The notes under the pieces: generated by a model
The model's database searches: none
Told to the model about the DNA's origin: nothing
The model's input: the letters and a program-made list of their open reading frames with translations, nothing else
Translations under genes and position numbers: made by a program
Shown: positions 1-14,341 of the stretch, piece after piece
How positions within the stretch are numbered: the first letter of the stretch is position 1
How the letters are laid out: each line of letters opens with the position of its first letter
Assembly (NCBI GenBank): GCA_964016885.1
Contig: OZ024759.1
Span: forward strand, 31,248,001-31,312,000
Origin: Eledone cirrhosa
Lineage: Eukaryota
Direction: 5' to 3'
Length of the DNA stretch: 64,000 nt

Positions 1-187
1 TAAACTTTCCAACTGAAGGTATTGATTTTTTTTTATTTTATCACATAAATCACGCAGCAACCTTTCACTTATCGATATCACATTAACATATATATACATA
101 TACATATATATATACACACACATATAAATAAATATATATATACACATATAAATAAATAAATATATATATATACACATAAATAAATAA

Positions 188-217
<30 letters not shown>

Positions 218-220
<3 letters not shown>

Positions 221-830
221 TATACTTGGGGAGGGTCATATTTGTGTAATAATATTGCCAGAATTAATAACAGAACACACTCACTGTTTGGTTGGTTTTC
301 GCTTCTGTGTCTTTTATATCAGTTAATTTAATTTATTCGGTCCTCAATGTTACCATTGACTGACCAACGGTCAAAAATACAGATACAATATAGACACAAA
401 CACATATATATAGTCTAACAAACTTCTTTCGTTGCACATCTGCAACATCGCAGAGAAGACAAAAATAAATAAATAAATAAATAAATAAACAGACTAAATA
501 AAGATGGCGTAGGCATACAATACAACAGGAGGAAACATAATAGCACCACTGACGATGTTGCAGATGTGCAACGAAAGAACTTTGTTAGACTATATATATG
601 TATTTGTGTCTATATTGTATCTGTATTTTTGACCGTTGATCAGTCAATGGTAACATTGAGGACCAAATAAATTAAATTAACTGATATAAAAGACACAGAA
701 GCGAAAACCAACCAAACAGTGAGTGTGTTCTGTTATTAATTCTGGCAATATTGTTACACAAATATGACCCTCCCCAAGTATAACAATATTTGTTTCGACA
801 CACGATTTCATATCAAAAACCTCGCAAAAC
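218..830. mobile_element. Fold-back element (~235-bp arms, ~100-bp spacer), PLE-terminus-like, with degenerate HHR
   Basis: ~218-450 is the reverse complement of ~553-785. CTGACGA-t-gttgca/gatg/tgcaac-GAAA at 549-576. Flanked by (TA)n. The terminal motif tgttatac(t)ttgggag recurs near 13610, 51735 and 52535. Confidence 0.75.
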
Positions 831-921
831 TAATATATATATATGAATATATATATATATGAATATATTTCTATATTAAACATTTTCTATATATATACAT
901 ATATAAATATCTCTCTCTCTC

Positions 922-965
<44 letters not shown>

Positions 966-997
966 CAAGCAGGGAAAAGTGGACGTAAAATGAAATG

Positions 998-1028
<31 letters not shown>

Positions 1029-1404
1029 TTAAAGGCCGACATCTATATACATTCCATCACTGGTCACAAACAAAATCTCCTAGCAATAAAACTAGAAATG
1101 GTTACTTATGTAAAATATATCTAATTATATATGGCAATAGAGAAACCTCATTAATGCCATATGCAATAGTTACTCCAAGAAATCAATTTATGGAAAGTAG
1201 TTCTGAGTGGTGGAAATTGGCTTCAATTAATGGAATGTAGTATATTGATAAACCCACTGACCTAAAAATAATTGGTAAATGCTTATTTTAAATACCTAAA
1301 CCTAGAGATAATCAGACAAAATTTAATCAACACGTAATGAAGGTGATAATTACAAAACACTAATTATAATTGGATGAAAATGTCAGAATGTATGTTGACA
1401 CATT

Positions 1405-1580
1405 AGAGTGCCGACTGGAAACTTAATAGGCTGACCGAGATACTCTACGGAATGAGCAAATGAGGTTTATTTTTCAACATAGTCCACAGAAAGAAGGAAT
1501 GCAGTTATTGATAAGAAGGTTTGGAATTAAAGTATCAATCCTTCATACTCAGCCTATGAACTTTTCAGTCCACCTTCATA
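1405..1580. mobile_element. Degenerate mariner-like MITE
   Basis: Imperfect TIRs gactggaaacttaataggctga / tcagcctatgaacttttcagtcc; internal ggtttatttttcaacatagtc resembles mariner subterminal sequence. Confidence 0.5.
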
Positions 1581-3009
1581 TAGTCGAATGATGAAAATAA
1601 GAGTTTAATGCCGGATAAAACACTGAGAATCAGTCCTCAAGATGTAAATTAAATGGTGACTTTTACAATAAATAGTATTTGATATTCATATATGACCATG
1701 TCTTTAAGGGATTCAATTTGTACAACCTTGGGCAAGATTTTCTGCTAATCTCGGATTGACCAATGTGTTGTTAGTAGAATATGACAGGGAAATTATGGGA
1801 AAGTCACTTGCTTGTATGGATTGTAATGTTTCTGTAAGTCTTCAAAAGTAAAAGAACCATTCATTAGGTTAAGCTCTACCATACTAGAAAGTATGGAATA
1901 ATGACAGGAAGGGTATCCGACTTTTGTAGCGCCTTGGGCAAGTTTTGCTTTTTTGCTATGGCCTAGAATTGAACAACGCCTTGTTAGTGGAATATAGCAA
2001 TGGGAAACTGAGAAAGTCAATCAAAGTTTCTGTAAGTCTACGCAAGTAATTCACACTGTTAATTCAGTTAATCTCTACCATATTGAAAAATCTAAACTAT
2101 AATAAAGTAAGAAGTGTGGGACTGTGTATGGTTTATTTCTTTTAATCCAGTTAGTAAAATAAGTTGGATTACTTTGAATAAATAATGAATGAATATTACA
2201 TAATTTATCTACCAAATTTCGTAGCTGTTGATTAAATATATTTTATTGCTTATTTAAAGATTCACTTCTTTAAAATTTTCAAATGTCAACACTTCCGGTT
2301 AGCGATCGCTTAAATAAACATTCATATATTTCTGTCACTACTTTTCTCCTAATGCAGTTTATATATAATATCATCTTCTTTTTAATGTATCATGGATTAC
2401 GTTACTGATTACATAAGTGAGTGTAAAGCAATCTTCGTTCAATTTCTGTGTATATTGTCAATTACGATTTTATTTGATGTATCATATCTACATGCATATA
2501 TACTTGCATATAATATCAATAAGCACACTACACATGCTAGCAGAAAACCACCTGAAGGGTGGTTTTTCTGCTAGTATGGAATCATGACAGGAAGAGTATC
2601 CGACTTTAGAAACTTGCCATGTATAAAACGGAACATGTTTGTAAATAGTGAGTGTATTTATTCATGTCAAAGAAACCCCCCCATTGTTGCGGTTATCGCT
2701 TCACACTTCTCCGTCAAAGGAATCTATGTATAATCAGGAATAAACGAAATATAATCACATAAAACATTCAGATCAAGCTGTTCGTTTTTCACTTTTTGGG
2801 GGAGTTTTTTCCGTTTGTTTTTTTCTGCGTGTCCAGGTAAATATGCCGCGGTGGACTCATACACATTCCCGAAACTTCCATTGGTAAAATAATCCAAAAC
2901 AAATAATCCTTTTACACGAAATTGGGATATAATGATAGAAAATAATGTAAAACTCCTGTGAGAGCTGAGCAAACACCTTTGTCAAGCTAAAGACATACAT
3001 AATATCATT

Positions 3010-3077
3010 ACACTACTACTACTACCACCACCACAACAACTACTACTACTACCACCACAACTACTACTACTACTACA

Positions 3078-3112
<35 letters not shown>

Positions 3113-3350
3113 CACAACTACTACTACTACTACTACTACCACCACAACTACTACTACTACCACAACTACCACTACTACCACTACCACCACTACTACCACT
3201 ACCACCACTACTATTACTACTACTACTACAACTACTACTAATTCTACTACAACTACTACTACTACTAATCCTACTACAACCACTACTACTACTAAAAATG
3301 ATAATAATGACCACCACCACCGCTACAACAACAACAATAACAAATGCAAC
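3010..3350. repeat. Compound (CTA/CCA/CAA)n trinucleotide tract
   Basis: Direct reading; explains the poly-S/poly-V ORFs. Confidence 0.95.
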
Positions 3351-3641
3351 AATAGCTCCATCTGACAAATGAAAGAAAGATCAATAAGAGTTGAGTGCAT
3401 CAGTAGGAATCAATAATTCACACGTGCATCACGCTTAAAAATAAGAATGAAATTCACAGAGCTTTCTAAATGCTTCTTGGCCATTGTGAAGTAGGCAGGA
3501 ATCTAATCCATAATTACTTGGAAACATTACTGATTCAGAAAGTAATTCATATTGGAAGACAATATCACAACCTTGAAATAAAGATATATGCATATGAAAT
3601 ATGAAAACGTATGTATGGACACGAGACTCATACACGCACGC

Positions 3642-3700
<59 letters not shown>

Positions 3701-3714
3701 TTTATTATAGAAAT

Positions 3715-3764
3715 GGCATCTACAGGACTAGAACTGTTTCATTCAAAGGAAATCATCAGGAAAA
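3715..3764 (-). ncRNA. Hammerhead ribozyme motif, family A (second copy 4171-4220)
   Basis: Minus strand: ttc CTGATGA t-ttc/cttt/gaa-t GAA ACAG-ttctagtc-CTGT A gatgc; stem I weakened relative to the 52717 copy. Confidence 0.65.
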
Positions 3765-3834
3765 CTATGTATTGAGTACCTTACTTAATGTGGTCACCCC
3801 CGATTTAACCCGGTATACATACACACACACAAAC

Positions 3835-4154
<320 letters not shown>

Positions 4155-4290
4155 ATTTTATTATAGAAATGGCATCTACAGGACTAGAACTGTTTCATTC
4201 AAAGGAAATCATCAGGAAAACTATGTATTGAGTACCTTACTTAATGTGGTCACCCCCGATTTAACCCGGTATACATACACACACACAAAC

Positions 4291-4335
<45 letters not shown>

Positions 4336-4535
4336 CGAAGGAATTGTGGTAAGGAACCAGATGGACCAAAGTACTCAATACTTAGGGTAGTAGAGTGGGT
4401 AATAGGAACAAGTATGACCCCGACGGCAGAGCTTAAGCCGTTTCGACGGCTATTTCTGGACAAAAACAGCCGTTGAAATGGCTTGAGCTCTGCCATCGGG
4501 GTCATACTTGTTCCTATATATATATATATATGTGT

Positions 4536-4583
<48 letters not shown>

Positions 4584-4695
4584 AGTATTTCCGTGGAAAA
4601 GGTAAAGGAAAGAAGAGTGCTCTATGTATAGTACAGAGCTACTTCGTGAAATCTTGGGTAATGGAATAATTATATTGTGTTGTTTATTACATAAT

Positions 4696-4755
<60 letters not shown>

Positions 4756-4841
4756 CCAAAGAGATTGTTTTGGTAAAAACAGGAGCAAGCAGGGGAAAGC
4801 TCTTAACATTCGTAGTTTGTAGTTTTGATGGAGATTCAATG

Positions 4842-5103
4842 TAAAGATGCTGATGTTACACGAATCGTTTATTCATAATAATTATTTCAACGGTTCCCCC
4901 ATGCAATCAAGATGTAATTCAGGCATTTGTTGTTGTTATAAGAATGATATCTTCACATGAAATTCAATTTTGTCATATGGCAGAAAAAAAATTGAATTTC
5001 ATGGGAAGATACCATTCTTATAACAACAAATGCATGAATTACATCTTGATTGCATGGGAGAACCATTGAAATAATTATTATTTATGTAACATCAGCATCT
5101 TTA
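4842..5103. mobile_element. ~260-bp fold-back element with HHR-like variant motif in each arm
   Basis: Arms centred near 4975. Minus 4874-4914: cat CTTGATTG c-atgg..ccgt-t GAA ATAATTAT T atg aataaa. Confidence 0.65.
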
Positions 5104-5360
5104 TTAATGTTATAATAATAATAATATAATAATTAATTTAAATAATTTTGAAAACCAAAACAATACGTTAGTAAGAACAATAAATCCCCAAGATAACCAA
5201 AGAATCTTACCTTAGCAAATTTAACAATCCCAAATATTTTCGAGTTTAAAAACCCATTATCAAGGGAGTAACCCTATGAGGGACTTAAAAAATGGATCAG
5301 ATTGACTTGCTTGTTTGGAAGCAGATTTAAGTTAAATGAAAAGATGTTAAAATTTCAAAC

Positions 5361-5876
5361 GAGGGACCTGGACTATTGGCAAAGACTCAAAACCTTGAAG
5401 ATGTACTCAATAGAAAGAAGATTTGAGCGATACCGAATTATATACATTTGGAAAATGATAGAGCAAAAGGTGCCAAACTTTGGTATCAAAACCTACCACT
5501 CACTGCGCCACGGAAGACGCTGCCAGCTACCACCAATCAACAAAAGGGCTGGCCAGGCAGCAAAAACCCTGCGAGAGTCAAGTCTGTTGGTTCAAGGGGC
5601 ACAACTATTCAACTTCATTCCGGTACATGTCAGAAATCTATCAGGATGCAGTGTGGAATCATTCAAATTGCAGCTGGATAGATACTTAAGCACCATTAGA
5701 GATGAACCCCATCTCCCAGGATATACACAACGAGCACAAACTGACTCAAACTCGCTCCTACACATGTCAAAATTAAACAGAGAATCCAACCTGGCAACCA
5801 CACCAGACTCTGAGGGTGGAGTCTTCGACTTGGCCTGAGCATGGACTCAAACTCAAATGAAATGAAATGAAAATGC
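5361..5876 (+). mobile_element. CR1-group (Zenon-like) LINE 3' fragment, ORF2 C-terminus
   Basis: LDYWQRLKTLKMYSIERRFERYRIIYIWK...GAQLFNFIP..VRN...SVESFKLQLDRYL matches the CR1/L2 post-RT motif; stop at 5838, then (AAATG)n tail. Confidence 0.85.
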
Positions 5877-5909
5877 GCATTGTGAAATATATAATATATG
5901 CATGTGTGT

Positions 5910-6165
5910 GCGTGAATGTGTGCTAAGTGGGATGTTTGTATGTGTGTGCGTGAATGTAAGTGTGCTTAGTGGGATGTTTGTATGTGTGTGCGTGAATGTA
6001 AGTGTGCTTAGTGGGTTGTTTGTATGTGTGTGCGTGAATGTAAGTGTGCTTAGTGGGATGTTTGTATGTGTGTGCGTGAATGTAAGTGTGCTTAGTGGGA
6101 TGTTTGTATGTGTGTGTGTGAATGTAAGTGTGCTTAGTGGGATGTTTGTATGTGTGTGCATGAAT
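5910..6165. repeat. 42-bp minisatellite, ~6 copies
   Basis: Unit gtgaatgtaagtgtgcttagtgggatgtttgtatgtgtgtgc. Confidence 0.9.
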
Positions 6166-6293
6166 ATAAGTTTATGTAGTGAAAGATGTGTTCGAATGGG
6201 AGTCTTGTACTCTAAGTCACTTAAAACTGCAAAAACCAAGATAAGTACTGGTCTGATTAACCTCCAGGCACATGAGAAACTAGACTTTACATA

Positions 6294-6796
6294 TACAGGG
6301 TGGCACAAAATTCACACACCAACTCACTGTATTTCCCGGCATCAAAGGCGCTACTTTTTTCCTAAAATAAGTCTCAAAAATCTATCATGCGTCCTGGAGG
6401 CCGAAGGTTGATTTTGTTTTTGTTTTTTTCAAATTTTTGTCAAATTTTTGTCAAAATTATTGTGCGTCCTCGAGGACAAAGTATCTTTGGTGCCAATATG
6501 GTAATATCGCAAAGAGGTTACTAACCTGAATATATGACATTACTTGGATCAACATAAATGTAGAAAAAGATTTTTAACAAAGAAAACCTTAAAATAAGTT
6601 ATAACTGGGCAACCAGAATTAAAATAAATCAACAATGGCATATCACATATTACGGCACTAAGATAAGCGCCGGGAAATACGGTAATAATGAATATATGGA
6701 TACTTATCGTATTGACATATAAAAATATCAATATGAGATAATATGGCAAAGTGTAACAAAATGATACTGGTGGACAACTTTTGCGCCCCCTGTATA
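6294..6796. mobile_element. Possible nested Tc1/mariner-type MITEs
   Basis: Outer imperfect TIR tacagggtggcacaaaa / ttttgcgccccctgta; inner pogo/Tc2-like TIR ctgtatttcccggc (~6327) / gccgggaaatacggta (~6684). Confidence 0.45.
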
Positions 6797-7292
6797 ATAA
6801 TAATAATAATAAAACTTAGTGGTTGCATGCGACAACGTGTATAATTGAATTACCTCGAAAAAGTAATGTAGGAATTCAGAATAGGAATAATTCCCCATTG
6901 ACAAAACAACAAAAGAATTATATTTATTACACATGCAAAATATGTGCATATTTCATAATAGACATGTGAATATTTCAATTTTATTTCTCCCTGCTATGTA
7001 ACACTACTGCTTATGAAAGGAATATCATAAAACGATATAAAACATACAGAAAAAAACAAACAAAGCAACACAAGTGTTGAGCTGTGACGTATAAATGTAA
7101 AAGTCTTCCAATTGCTCTTTGCCATTAGAAATTATTTTATAAAAAATAATTTTGTGAAAAAGATTGTGACCTTCACATGCAACGGCGTTGATGCTAAATT
7201 GTCTTCCATGATGTTGATTTTGAACATTTTTCTACGTGTGTGTGTGTCCATGTGTCTGTGTATATGTGTGTTTGTTTGTCTCTGTGTCCATA

Positions 7293-7369
<77 letters not shown>

Positions 7370-7869
7370 CTGTGTCCATATGTCTGTGTGTCTGTTCATC
7401 TATGCGTCCATGTATGTGTGTGTATCAATGTGTGTATGTGACTGTCTCTCTGCATGTGTGTCTGTGTGTGTCTATGTGTGTGTGAGTTTGTGCCTGTATT
7501 TGTGCGTATGTGTGTGTGTGTGTGCGTGTATGTGTCTATCTGTGTATGTTTATGCCTGTCTCTGTGCGTATATGTGTGTGTATGTGTCTGACTCTGTGTG
7601 TGTGTGCCTGTGTGAATATGTGTAATCAAGCTTAAATTGATGCAAAACCTGAAAGGTTGAGAATAAAATTATAACAAATCAAATATTTGACGTACATACC
7701 GATGAGACATAGGCGAAAGTGTTGCGTTTCTATGAAACTAATTTTAGCATTTTCAGGCTGGCGAAAGCTTTACCTGAAAGTGAAAAAAAAAAATTGGTTA
7801 AAATCAACATAAATTAAAATAAATGGATTTTATCACGTGTTAAGTTTTTTTTTATTTACAACCATTCCG

Positions 7870-8042
7870 TTGAAGGTTCAATCCCACTATGTGGAAATTT
7901 GGACCAACCAGAAACAACCAGAAACACCCCTATATGAGCGAGACATGGTCACCCCATCTAACTTGCCTCTAAATGGGACACGTCTAACCCATGCAAGCGT
8001 GGAAAATAGACGTTAGTCGATGATGATGATGATGATGATGAT
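7870..8042 (+). mobile_element. SINE remnant with RTE-type 3' end and (GAT)n tail; same tail on minus at ~40649-40717
   Basis: B-box-like ggttcaatccc; aacccatgcaagcgtggaaaatagacgtt followed by (gat)n. Confidence 0.6.
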
Positions 8043-8112
8043 TTCTGCCATAGCAACGAGTTAATCATTGCCTTGTGTGTAGAATTTGGTAGACAGGGCC
8101 TGGAGAAGCCTG

Positions 8113-8182
<70 letters not shown>

Positions 8183-8366
8183 GTATATATAGTTCAAGGG
8201 GACAACAAACAGAGGTCCAAAAGTCTTATTAGTTTCACGCTTTATATTGGAAAGAGGAAGGTTTGAGATGTCGGGCTTCTTCGGGAGTACAAATAGAAAT
8301 ATACAGGTTCACAATGGCGAAACAGAAAGAATATCCAGTAAAGACACAAAGAGACGAAAAAAAAAA

Positions 8367-8415
<49 letters not shown>

Positions 8416-8421
8416 CGTATG

Positions 8422-8484
<63 letters not shown>

Positions 8485-8720
8485 TAAGTATAAATATATA
8501 TATATCGTATGTATAATTATATATATCGTATGTATAAATATATATATATATATACATATATATCGTATGTATAAATATATATATATATATATATATCGTA
8601 TGTATATATATATATATGTATATATATAAAACGTATATTTAAAACGTATGTATATATATATATAAAACGTATGTACATAGATATAAAATGTATGTTTTTA
8701 TATATATATATATATAAAAC

Positions 8721-8758
<38 letters not shown>

Positions 8759-9626
8759 ATATATATAAATATATAAAATCATATATATATATGATCTATT
8801 TTTATAGCTAGAGTACATTCGGTAGTAAGGTAGCCATCAAACGATACGGAATAGAATCAAACAAAAGATTATTCTATCAAATAAAACAATTGTTTTAAAA
8901 CAAAGTTTTAAAATAAGATAAACAGGAAAACAAGATGGAAGATGTGAAAATTTGATGTTTGAAAACTATCCTAATATTTCTTAGAATGTTTACGTGAATT
9001 CAATAAAACAAGCAACTCTTCAAAGTGGTCGTTTTTACTAATTTTTATGCAAAGCTATCTTTAATTGTAACCTCTAGTTTCGTATATAACTTTACCTTTC
9101 TGTCTACCTTTCTCACTTCCTCTCTTATTTTGTATTCTCCATTCTTTCAGGTTTTAATATATATATTATATTTTATTTTATTTTATTTTATTTTAAACAG
9201 TATACAGTATATGTATAAATAGGCGAGCGGATGCATCTGTGTTTCACGTTCGTAATATTTGTTTAAACTCGATTGCAAACATAATTTGCAGCACATCAAT
9301 AGAACATAAGGTAAGAATATTCGAGTCATTAATGTTAAACTATACAAATAGACATGTAACCCTCTTTCCACCATTGTGGATATATCATATATATCTAAGT
9401 ATATATACGTATGTGTATGCATATTTGCTTGCATATGTAAAACATGCATATACACATATATATATATATGTAATTGTACATGTAAAACAGGCATATATAT
9501 ATATATATAATTGTACATGTAAAACAGGCATATATATATATATATAATTGTACATGTAAAACAGGCATATATATATATATATATAATAAAATATACTACA
9601 CACCTTTTACATACATACATACATAC

Positions 9627-9708
<82 letters not shown>

Positions 9709-9747
9709 ATATATATATATATATATATGTGTATATATATATATATA

Positions 9748-9909
<162 letters not shown>

Positions 9910-9923
9910 CATATATATATATG

Positions 9924-10076
<153 letters not shown>

Positions 10077-10266
10077 ATACATTAACGGAGCCATAGACTC
10101 TCGCCGTTCCCTGTAAATAATGTGCTCAAAGGAGAGGAAATCCTGGGCACTTTAAAATACAATATGTTGAAAAGGTAACACACTAGAGAGAGACACAGTG
10201 CGCCATCAATAAAACAGGTTATAGGTTATAGATTCCATACACTGGTGGTTTATTGTTGGCGCATTG

Positions 10267-10336
<70 letters not shown>

Positions 10337-10341
<5 letters not shown>

Positions 10342-10854
10342 AAAGACGTAAAATAAGAAAATTTAAAAAAAAAATTTTTTTTAAATTAACTTACTTAAAT
10401 TTTCACTCCAACTAATTAGTTTCTGCAATGGGATAAAGACAGTTACGTAATGAACTGTTGAGAATTTCATTGCGTCATCAGGGAGATCATTCTCAGCCAA
10501 GTCTCCAGGCAATGCGCGGACACTGGGGACTCATATAAAAATAATAATAATTCGGTAAATGAAACAGCTATCGAGGACTGGATTCCAGGTACTGAAAATT
10601 CTCACTGCCACTGGTCATATGGCCGATTCTAAAGAATCAATCACGTGACACAGAGGCTAGTCAGTAGGAATGGGATAGTAAGATGACAGACGCCTACTAA
10701 CACCCCTAAAAAATTTAGAAGTGGTTTTGGCAGGTTTGCTCGACAAATCAGTGATTTGCAGAAACTAATTAGTTGGAGTGAAAATTTAAGTAAGTAAGTT
10801 AATTTAAAAAAAATTTTTTTGTTTTTAAATTTTCTTATTTTACGTCTTTTATAT
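10337..10854. mobile_element. PLE-like element with ~90-bp terminal inverted arms
   Basis: 10337-10427 is the reverse complement of 10757-10854; the left arm carries a full HHR. Confidence 0.75.
10406..10485 (-). ncRNA. Hammerhead ribozyme motif with extended stem II
   Basis: ctcc CTGATGA c-gcaatg...cattgc-a GAA ACTAATTAGT T ggag; stem I ctcc/ggag, palindromic stem III, GUU site. Confidence 0.8.
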
Positions 10855-10976
10855 TATTGTTCTGCATCCTCCTGCATTGAACCACCTAGGTACTATGACA
10901 TAACCTGTGTATTTGCTGGCATTAGCGTACATCTGTGCGCTTATGTTAGTAGATATATTAAATTATCTATATATAT

Positions 10977-11010
<34 letters not shown>

Positions 11011-11170
11011 CATATACTCACACATGATATATACCGACAGGTCGAACACACACACACAGGATATGGAAAGAAGGAGATATATATAATATATATATATATA
11101 ATATATATATGCAGAGGTTATATTTAATTTGTTGGGATTCAACATTTATTTATAAAACAAATCTGTATTT

Positions 11171-11226
11171 TATCTGATGAAAGCACACCATAATTTGCCT
11201 TGGTTGCCCTTGAAATATGTATAATG
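11171..11226 (+). ncRNA. Hammerhead ribozyme motif, family C
   Basis: tat CTGATGA aagcacacca...tggttgccctt GAA ATATGTAT A atg, then aaataaa. Confidence 0.65.
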
Positions 11227-12075
11227 AAATAAATATGCTTTTATAAATATAGTTTCCCTTTATTAATATATTGTGAATATATTGTATATAATATATATTT
11301 CTCTCTGAAAAGCCATGAAGTCAGAAAAGATAGTTTAATACCATTCTTTATCTCACTCCCTTTTCATACTAACCATCTGACCATCTACTGTTAAGTGGGC
11401 GGAGGTGTGGGGTAGTAAGAAGACAATATATTACTATATTCAGAAGATACAAGAATGGTTGGCATCGGCTGTCAGAATTTGAAAATAATCATTTAAAACT
11501 TTGAAAGTTGCTAGATGATTAAATGTAACATGGTGAGTTATAGTCGGCGAAGATACACGCGCAAAACACAATGGAATATACGTGGAACATAGAACAAGAG
11601 AATTACAGAAGTGCTCGTGGCTGATTAGATAAGAAGTTTGACGTCACAGCTTTAATCCTTTCTCTGGTGGGATGTGAGCAGGTGTGTTATGCCATAAACT
11701 CTGGTCGATCTTTCACTCGTAAGTGAAATCTTAGTATACGGCGGAAAACTGTGAGGATGGACGCCCTGCCGGATGGATTTAGTGAGACATTAAATGTAAG
11801 TTATGGAGCGTTTAGATAACACTTGGCTGTGGAATGCTAGGGCACCTGCACACTATTACCTTGGTCGAATCACTGGAATATTTCTCAGAGAAACTGACGT
11901 AGATCTGTTCCTTGAATTAAGTTATATAACAGACACACTCATTGATTTGGGATCGATTGAGCGAAAGGGTACACTTGCATACTTATCCCTTGGTCGAACA
12001 ACTGGAATAATCCGCGTCGAAATTGACGAAGGTCCATTCCATATATTATAGTACGTTAAAGACACAGTCTATAAT

Positions 12076-12290
12076 GGGGCGATGGTTCGGTAGAGCGTCA
12101 GGTAACATGCTTCGCGGCATAGAATATACGTCCCTTTACGTTCTGAGTTTCAATCCCACCAAGGTCAAGCGTTGCCTTTCATCCTTAGGAGGGTCGATGA
12201 AATAAAGTACCAGTAATACACTGGAGTCAATTTAATCGACTTTCCTCCTCCCCCAAAGTGTTTTGCCTTGTGCCTAAATCAGAGACAATT
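12076..12290 (+). mobile_element. tRNA-derived SINE (OK-like), diverged
   Basis: Homologous to 15333-15550. Confidence 0.75.
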
Positions 12291-12605
12291 CGAGACGCTG
12301 TCGTGTCAGACGCTGTCGCTTTACAATCAATTATGTTGGATGGGTTAAGCCAATAATCGAACCTTATGGAGCGTTAAAGGAGCACTTGTTTGTGGAATGC
12401 TCAGTCACCTGCACTGCTAAATTATTGGTCGATTAACTGGAACACTCTTCGTCGAAACCAACGTCGGCCCATTCTATATGTTTCATTGCGTGATAGACAC
12501 AGTAACAATACTCGATAGAGTGAGTAGCTTGGAGATCAGGTAGAGCCGCTACTTCTCCGAATTGTGGGATCACAGCTTCGATATATATGTGTATATATGT
12601 GTGTA

Positions 12606-12712
<107 letters not shown>

Positions 12713-12764
12713 ATTAAAATACTGGAGCGTGTTGTATTGGCCGATAGTACTTCTTGTGGTTTTG

Positions 12765-12812
12765 ATTGCCCTGATGAGTCCTTAATAGGACGAAACATTG
12801 TTGGCTAATAAA
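12765..12812 (+). ncRNA. Minimal type-I hammerhead ribozyme
   Basis: attgcc CTGATGA gtcct-taat-aggac GAA AC-att-GT T ggc(t)aat then AATAAA; perfect 5-bp stem II; island between (TA)n tracts. Confidence 0.85.
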
Positions 12813-12846
12813 GACTTTTGATGTATTGAAGGCTTCTTTGTTTTAT

Positions 12847-12889
<43 letters not shown>

Positions 12890-12893
<4 letters not shown>

Positions 12894-13082
12894 AACGAGT
12901 AGGACCCCGACGGCTGAGCTCAAGCCGTTTCGACGGCTAATTCTGAGTCCAGAATTAGCCGTCGAAATGGCTTGAGCTCAGCCGTCGGGGTCCTACTCGT
13001 TCCTATTACCCACTCTACTACCCTAAGTATTGAGTACTTTGGTGCGTTATGGTCCACCTGGATCCTTACCACATTTCCTTCG

Positions 13083-13085
<3 letters not shown>
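12890..13085. mobile_element. Family B palindromic element
   Basis: Arms with copy-specific aacgagtagg/cctactcgtt; (TA)n flanks. Confidence 0.85.
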
Positions 13086-13159
<74 letters not shown>

Positions 13160-13740
13160 GGCTCAGCGCACAGTCTTTCTTCACTTTAAAAATAATCTTC
13201 GCGCACAGGCATTACACGATAGAATTAATTAATAATTATTAATAATGGTATATCGTGCAATGGCTATACTCGATAATGAGTGGGCAGCCATAATGTATGT
13301 ATAAGTGTCTATATGTATGTATATATCGGAAATAAATCAAAATAAAAACGTATTGATTCTTTTATTCTGTTAAGAGTTGAATTGAAGTAAGATGTTAAAA
13401 TCCAATTCCGGAGCACACTTTTGCTTACGCAAGAATATTACAGAAAGCCATATTAATTATAAAATGTAATATTTATGACAAGTTACAAAAGCAATCTGAA
13501 AAAGAAATGTCTGACATTAATTGCTATGCTAAAATTACATATATACATATTTCGTTTTTGTATTGGATTTGCAAGATACTTTGTTTGAAATTGTGCGTTA
13601 AAACAGATATTGTTATACTTTGGGAGAGTCATGTTGACAATAAAACACACACGCACCTCTTGAGTTTTCACTTCGATTTATTCTGACACAGCTCGCAAGA
13701 ATATGATGGTTTAAGACCGGACAAAGGAGAGATACAAAAT

Positions 13741-13955
13741 GATTTCTAGGTTAGGCACAAGACCAGTAACTTGGGGGAGGGGAAAGTCGATTACATCGAC
13801 CTCAGTACATTACTGGTGCTTTATTTTATGGACCCCGTAAGGAAGAAAGGCAGAGTTAACCTCGGTGGGATTTCGAACTCAGATCATAAAGGGCCGTAAC
13901 TATGCTGCAAAGCATGGTGTCCGGCCCTCTACCGATACTGCCAATCCACCGCCCT
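13741..13955 (-). mobile_element. tRNA-derived SINE (OK-like)
   Basis: Reverse complement of the 15333 element. Confidence 0.8.
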
Positions 13956-14118
13956 AAGGAGAGACACAATATGACAACAAAAGTAATCATTGAGAAGGTC
14001 ATAAAATGTGTGACAAAAGAGCTTTGGTGACAACTAAGCAACCATCCGGTTATCAAACTCACGAACCGAGAGATTATAATTATAACAGAAGTGAAACCAA
14101 AACATGGGGGGGGGGGGC

Positions 14119-14143
14119 TGATGATGATGATGATGATGATGAC

Positions 14144-14188
<45 letters not shown>

Positions 14189-14310
14189 AAGATGACGACG
14201 ATGTTAATGACGTTATTGACGATGAAGTTCTTATTGGTGATGATAATGAGGATGATGATGATGACGATGCTGACGATGGCGATGATGGCGATGATGGCGA
14301 TGATGATGGC

Positions 14311-14341
<31 letters not shown>

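Noticed and set aside
2537-2574. Rho-independent terminator-like hairpin
   Set aside because: Eukaryotic DNA; no upstream gene.
2724-2972. 82-aa minus ORF in unique sequence
   Set aside because: No recognisable motif or splice support.
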